Below, piece after piece: positions 57,606 through 64,000 of a stretch of 64,000 nt of DNA. A model generated the notes under the pieces. That model worked only from the letters and a program-made list of their open reading frames with translations, had not been told where the DNA came from and did not search any database. Source of the DNA: Eledone cirrhosa (lineage: Eukaryota); contig OZ024740.1 of NCBI GenBank assembly GCA_964016885.1, forward strand, positions 114,018,001-114,082,000. Direction: 5' to 3'. Positions within the stretch are counted from its first letter, which is position 1. Each line of letters opens with the position of its first letter. The translations under genes and the position numbers were made by a program.

Positions 57606-58449
57606 TTTAATTGAGCTATCAATATAGTGGTAGATAAAATGGTATCTAATTATATTCCGACCCCTTATACCGATATTTCTTCTGGATAAAATACAGTGTC
57701 TCCGCATCTATCGCGGTATAAATTGTATTGTTTTGGACCTACATTCTTGGAAAATATTGTTAAAATAAATATTAATCTGTATAACTTGGACCTATGCTGT
57801 TGACCTCCTCGTGGTGAGCCCAGGAAACTAATCACTGATCTCTGGTCTTGATAAGAGAAACGACCAGAACCAGAGCGAGCATCAGTCTCATACGCAAGAA
57901 GACGATCGCCATACTTAACTTTGGGCATGTAAACCGCTGTTTAAGCAGGGAAAATGGTATTAAAACTCTTGTTCCGTTATTATAATATATAGACTGTGTA
58001 GAGTGCGGTGATAGATTTTCAGATATATCCATAATAAAATGATTAATTTTGCATTGGTCCCTCATTTTATCTCAACATGAAAATGTTTGAGATTACTGTT
58101 CCTTGTAGAAATAATAAGACTGATGAAGGAGGGGTTGGCAGCCATCTCCTTCTTTATAGCGGAAGTAAAACTAAGGAAAACGTTCCAGACCTATTCACGT
58201 TTCTCCGGCCTATTGTTAGCCATATATGACTGGTACTTTATTGTAGCGACTCTAGAATAATGAAATGTAAAATTTACCACGGAGGGATTTGATGTCGGAA
58301 CACATTACCGTGATTGATTTTGTGAAATGCGATGCTGTAACAATTCTACTAATGGTAGTGTAGAATTCTTAAAATAGTGTCAAACATAGCAATATATCTT
58401 AGTATTATCTATTGAGTATATGGACCAAAAAACAACTGGACAAACCTTT

Positions 58450-58636
58450 GGTGGATTGGCAGTATCGGTAGAGGGTCGGACGCCATGCTTTCCACCATAG
58501 TTACGTCCCTTTGCGGTCTGATTTCAAATCCCGCCGAGGTTAACGTTGCCTTTCATCCTTACGGGGTCGGTAAAATAAAGTACCAGTAATGTACTGATTA
58601 ATTGCTGGCCTTGTGCCTAAAGTAGAAACAATTATT
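58450..58636 (+). mobile_element. tRNA-derived SINE
   Basis: Same subfamily as 24363. Confidence 0.9.
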
Positions 58637-59001
58637 AAATCCCCACTATCACTCAACAAAATCCTCATATAGTAAATCTATTTGTTATTTTTTAATAACT
58701 AACATTATGAAGTGTAATTTAATTCTTAAATAATAAACTAATACTCTGTTATTTTTTAATATATGTGATTTTTCTCTGCTGCGGTATCATGTATTATATT
58801 GTAAGTTATTTGGTCAGGTCGAATGATTTTCCTGAGGATTTTGTCCGGTGTCATTTAAATCACGAACCTGATTTATTGTATAGAGGAGACTGGAATAAAT
58901 TTACATTCTAATATAAATATTTAAAAATATACACTAAGTATTTGAAACTGCAAATGGTAATTGAACTCATGACAAACAAAACACCCTATATATATATATA
59001 C

Positions 59002-59205
59002 ACTAGACCACCCGTGACCCGTTGGGTCATGTTCACTTTAAAATATTTTTTATAAAATCGTGTTCACTTAAAAATAATTTTTAAATAATAAAAATATACA
59101 CAGACATGTATATAATGTGAAATGAAACTGGAAGGCCTATATATATACGTGACTGTAAGTATATATATATGTGTGTGTGTGTGTAAACATATACATATAT
59201 ATGTA

Positions 59206-59240
<35 letters not shown>

Positions 59241-59311
59241 GTGGATGTCTGTGATCTACATACACTGGTCATAAACACACATATATATATATATATATAT
59301 TCACACACACT

Positions 59312-59373
<62 letters not shown>

Positions 59374-59695
59374 ACAGCACGACCAGCTTTCTTCCATTTT
59401 CATTCTCTGTCTCCTCTCCCTCTTTCTGTCTCTCTTTCAATCTACTCTCTCACAACCAGTATCTCTTTCTCTCTATCTTTTTCTCTCTTTGTTTACTTTG
59501 TTTATGAAGGCACCAGGAAAAACCTCAAATGTTGGGAACCCGTGGTCCGATTTACGCGAAATTTGTTTTGTTCCATTTGTATTCCCATTTCAGAGTCAAC
59601 TTCCTTTCAAAGTATTTTCCCATTATGCGCCCTTTTGGCTGTATTACATTACAGATAAGCAAGCAAGCAATCAATCACAGACTTTTAGTATTATA
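59002..59695. mobile_element. Possible non-autonomous Helitron/Helentron-like element
   Basis: Starts actag with hairpin tgaccc-gtt-gggtca, has internal microsatellites, and ends (gcaa)n-tcaatcacagacttttagtattata. A similar end recurs at 60641-60680. Confidence 0.35.
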
Positions 59696-59696
59696 A

Positions 59697-59770
59697 AAAA
59701 TGTATACACCATTCTAATATATATATTGCCTGTACAGGTAATCAAAGTGTATATACATTTTTCGGGGACA

Positions 59771-59819
<49 letters not shown>

Positions 59820-60119
59820 GGGGTCCCTAAAAATGTATACACCATTCTAATATATACATTGCCTGTACAGGTAATCAAAGTGTGTATAGATTTTTTGGGG
59901 ACACCATATATATATATATATACCGGGGTCCCTAAAAATGTATACACCATTCTAATATATATATTGCCTGTACAGGTAATCAAAGTGTGTATACATTTTT
60001 CGGGGACACCATATATATATATATATATATATACCGGGGACCCTAAAAATGTATACACCATTCTAATATATATATTGCCTGTACAGATAATCAAAGTGTG
60101 TATACATTTTTCGGGGACA

Positions 60120-60166
<47 letters not shown>

Positions 60167-60251
60167 GGGGTCTCTAAAAATGTATAAACCATTCTAATAT
60201 ATATATTGCCTGTACAGGTAATCAAAGTGTGTATACATTTTTCCAGGACAC

Positions 60252-60285
<34 letters not shown>

Positions 60286-60600
60286 GTGTCCCGGAAAAAT
60301 GTATACACACTTTGATTACACCATTCTAATATATATATTCCCTGTACAGGTAATCAAAGTGTGTATACATTTTTCGGGGACACCATACATATATATATAC
60401 CGGGGTCCCTAAAAATATTACACCATTCTAATATATATATTGCCTGTACAGGTAATCAAAGTGTGTATACATTTTTCGGGGACACCATATATATATATAT
60501 ATATATACCGGGGTCCCTAAAAATGTATACACCATCCTAACAAATAATGCATGTATAGGCAATAAAAGTGGGTATACATTTTAAGGGGGGACAACCTGTA
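59697..60600. repeat. Tandem array (~8 units) of a ~90-bp mariner-like MITE separated by variable (TA)n
   Basis: Unit ccggggtccctaaaaatgtatacac...gtgtatacatttttcggggacacca has internal inverted termini. Confidence 0.88.
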
Positions 60601-60676
60601 TATACACAAATATGAACATATATATATAGAGAAAGTGTGTGCAAGCAAGCAAGCAATCAAGATCAGAGTTTTAGTA

Positions 60677-60747
<71 letters not shown>

Positions 60748-61334
60748 GAGAGAGAGTGAAAGAGAAAATGAGAATCGAACCCCTAACTGGACTAATACAT
60801 AATTTATCGACCTCTATACGTCAAAAGAAATCCCGCAGCATTTACCAATTCGTTGACTTATCTAAATAGATAAAATAAGAATATATAACTCAATGATATG
60901 AATACAAAATAAATTATCTTTAAGGTAGTGTACACACACTAGTTGCTGTTGTCGCTTCTGGACCTTCATAGGTTCTGTCGAAGTGTGTTCTGTGTGTTCG
61001 AATCACGAAACAGACAGCTTGTGAAATTAATGTATAAGTGTCTGTGAAGTCCAGAGACATGTCTCCCCGGAACGAATTTCCCCGGTAGATTCAGCCTGAA
61101 GGAATATGTGACTCAACTGGTCAATTGAATTACAGCTACAACTGGTTTTTACAAGCTGAGAGAACTGAATTGAACTCACAATGACACTATCGTAGGAGGA
61201 ATAACCTAACCTCTATGCTACACGCATTCACAAAGAATTGGTATACGATATGACAAGGTGGTTAGAGAAAGAGAGAGAAAGAATGAGAGAGTGAGAGAGA
61301 GAGAGAGAGAGATTGAGAGAGAGAGTGAGTGAGT

Positions 61335-61365
<31 letters not shown>

Positions 61366-61891
61366 ATACATAGACAGAAAGTTAAATAGATTTCTATGAC
61401 GGAAAGATATTAATTGTCCATGTATCAAACATCGTTAGAAGATGGCGCACTTGAAGGTAACGTATTACTTTGAAAGTAGTTAATTGTGCTGTTATTGCAG
61501 GCAAGACCAATTTGATTCAGTTGCAATGACACCAAGCGACGTTTATCTGCACGCGTGTGCATTCCGTTCTTACATTGCTGGATGTAAGCTCTCCGTTTCA
61601 TTCAGTTGTATGCGTCTTTCATTTTTTTTTAATCTTTGTTTCCAGTGTCAGTGAACACATCCTACCTCACATCGACAAAACGATTCATACACAAACAACC
61701 AGACCTATCTATCTATCTATCTATCTATCTATCAATCTCGTGTGTTAGAAATCACATGCGTGCATACGCTAAAATATGTATTGATAAACGGTATTTGACG
61801 TCTTATAAGACGCACATCAGAAATGAATAAATAGAAGAGATTAAACTACGAACGTCCAGTGAAGGGTATAAGGTTTGTACATCGTATTTAG

Positions 61892-62085
61892 GGGCGGTGG
61901 ATTGGCAGTAACGATAGAGGGTCTGACGCCATGCTTTGACGCATATAGTTACGGCCCTTTCCATTCTGAGTTCAAATCCCACCGAAGTTAACTTAGCCTT
62001 TCATCCTTACGGAGTCGATAAAATAAAGTACCAGTAATGCAATGGATATTTGCTGGCCTTGTGCCAAAAGTAGAAACAATTATCA
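61892..62085 (+). mobile_element. tRNA-derived SINE
   Basis: Same subfamily as 24363. Confidence 0.9.
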
Positions 62086-62380
62086 TTCTACATCGTAATC
62101 CTCGATGTAGCATATTAGTATATTTTTAAACACATGGAAGTGTGAAAATTTAAGTTAAGATCTACTACAGCACTAAAACTTCTCTAGCCATTACCCAAAC
62201 TGACCACCCTTGAACTTGTAAGATGCAGACAGCTTCTTTCATAATACGATGTACAAAGTTTATACCCTTTACCTGACACATGGAGAAATGTACGTTGGAT
62301 TTTCGAATTGAATTACATCAATGTTTACCGTATATATATATGTGTGTGTGTGTGTGTGTGCGCGCACGCGTGTGTGTGTG

Positions 62381-62411
<31 letters not shown>

Positions 62412-62434
62412 TGTGTATGTGTGTGTGTGTGTGT

Positions 62435-62504
<70 letters not shown>

Positions 62505-62957
62505 ATATGATCCACGAAACAAAGAGGAAGAAGGTCGTAAGGGATAACGCGAGGCATCATGCATGATGTTACAACAAACACCGCAGAATGATAGCGAATA
62601 CGCATGTCAAGCGAAATTGAACCGGGATTTGAAGTGGTTGAGGAATATATACTGCGAATCCACGACGGTCCTAGCATTTTACACAGGACGTCATTCTCCT
62701 TCATTCACCTTACTACCGTTGACTTTATGTACTTCGCTCCATTCGCACTCCCTACACACACACACACACCACGCACACGCATGTATATACATCTATTTTG
62801 GACATTTCTAATCGCAGTCAGCAGTGTTAACTCCCAGTTTAGCTTTTAAACATTTTGACCTTCACTCTTTATCATATTATACTTCTCAAGGAACTTATCT
62901 CTCTATCTAGCTACATAATGTTTAAACACACACACATACACACACACATATATATGT

Positions 62958-63031
<74 letters not shown>

Positions 63032-64000
63032 ATGTTTATAAATACTTTCTTTTTCTCTAAAATCAGTCTATATCTCTCCATCGCTATTTCACTCCCTCTC
63101 TCCTTCTCATCTACCCCTTCCTCTATTCTATCTATCCATCTATCCATCTACCCATCAATCTTTCTTTATTACAGTGTATATTTATCTTTATTTTCTCTCT
63201 AGTTGTCTCCTAACACGAGATCTTTCTCTCTCGCTTTCTTTCTTTCTATTTCTATTTCTGACTATCAACTGTTTGCTATCGTGTCAGCTAATAATATTCT
63301 TGACCACGAATTCGGCCGTTCGATCATTAAGTTGGTAACGTGATTTAAGAGCGGTCTGACCAGGTTTCATAACAGTTTCTAGTTAACATTTAACATCCAG
63401 CATGTCGGACACCAATTAATCTATTAGTGATGTGGTGTGTGACCATAAACATGTTATAATGGAATCCATCTTTCAATTTCGCCTTCACTGTTTACCAATC
63501 ACTTTAAACAGTTCAACTTGTCACTCTTTCTCCTCTCACTACTTCGTTATCTATTCTCTCTCAGTACTTTCTTTAGTAAGATAGTTTCCACCTTCATTGT
63601 TCTCCATTTGTCTGCCTCTCCCTCTCTCCCCCTTCCTCTCTCTCACTATCTCCCTCTTTTTCTCTATCACTTCTCTCTCCCTCTCTCTGTCTCTCCCTTT
63701 CTCTCTTTCTCATGTTTGCTCTCTCTCTCTCCCTTCTCTCTTATTCAGTGTCACTTTCTCTCCTTTTATTTCCCTTACACATTTTACATTTACAATTCTG
63801 TACTATATGTCTTGAATAACTTTTTAATGATTTAAGAATAATATTATCAAGTAATATACTTTTGTCTATTTTATAGTTACTAAAGCTCTTTCAAGTTATC
63901 TAGGAAATGAAAAGTATACCTAGTTATGTTAATGACAGTGTTGTGAGGTTAAAGTCAGTGTTGTTAGGCTACTGGCGGATGCATCGAGGTGATGGCAATG

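Noticed and set aside
57665-58065. Minus-strand ORFs (87 and 77 aa) as a host first exon
   Set aside because: No recognisable domain or strong splice donor; needs RNA-seq or homology evidence.
58117-58200. ctgatga followed by a hairpin as a hammerhead
   Set aside because: No correctly placed GAAA or stem III after the stem.
59697-60600. CRISPR-like repeat-spacer appearance
   Set aside because: Repeats are ~90 bp, spacers are only (TA)n, there are no cas genes, and the context is eukaryotic.

Overview
This is AT-rich eukaryotic genomic DNA saturated with (TA)n/(CA)n/(GATA)n microsatellites and transposon debris. The SINE families and repeat style suggest a cephalopod (Octopus-like) genome; that is an inference. 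I cannot support any host protein-coding exon, and most listed ORFs are microsatellite read-through. The window holds two decayed hAT transposases, three Penelope-like (Naiad-type RT/GIY-YIG) elements, one long and two short CRE-type RLE retrotransposons, an R4/Dong-type fragment, a near full-length Tx1/L1 plus three stacked 3' copies, a short RTE derivative, mariner and hAT MITEs, and about 15 tRNA-derived SINEs. The most interesting signals are: (i) type I hammerhead ribozyme folds with recurrent non-canonical cores (U4>A, U10.1·U11.1, U3-A8), found in Penelope pseudo-LTRs and in ~80-200 bp non-coding elements embedded in (TA)n; (ii) a Tx1 lineage whose four copies all abut (TATC)n; (iii) an unclassified GAGCTC-hairpin repeat family; (iv) a satellite built from MITE monomers. 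All structures were folded and aligned by eye and need computational and biochemical confirmation.
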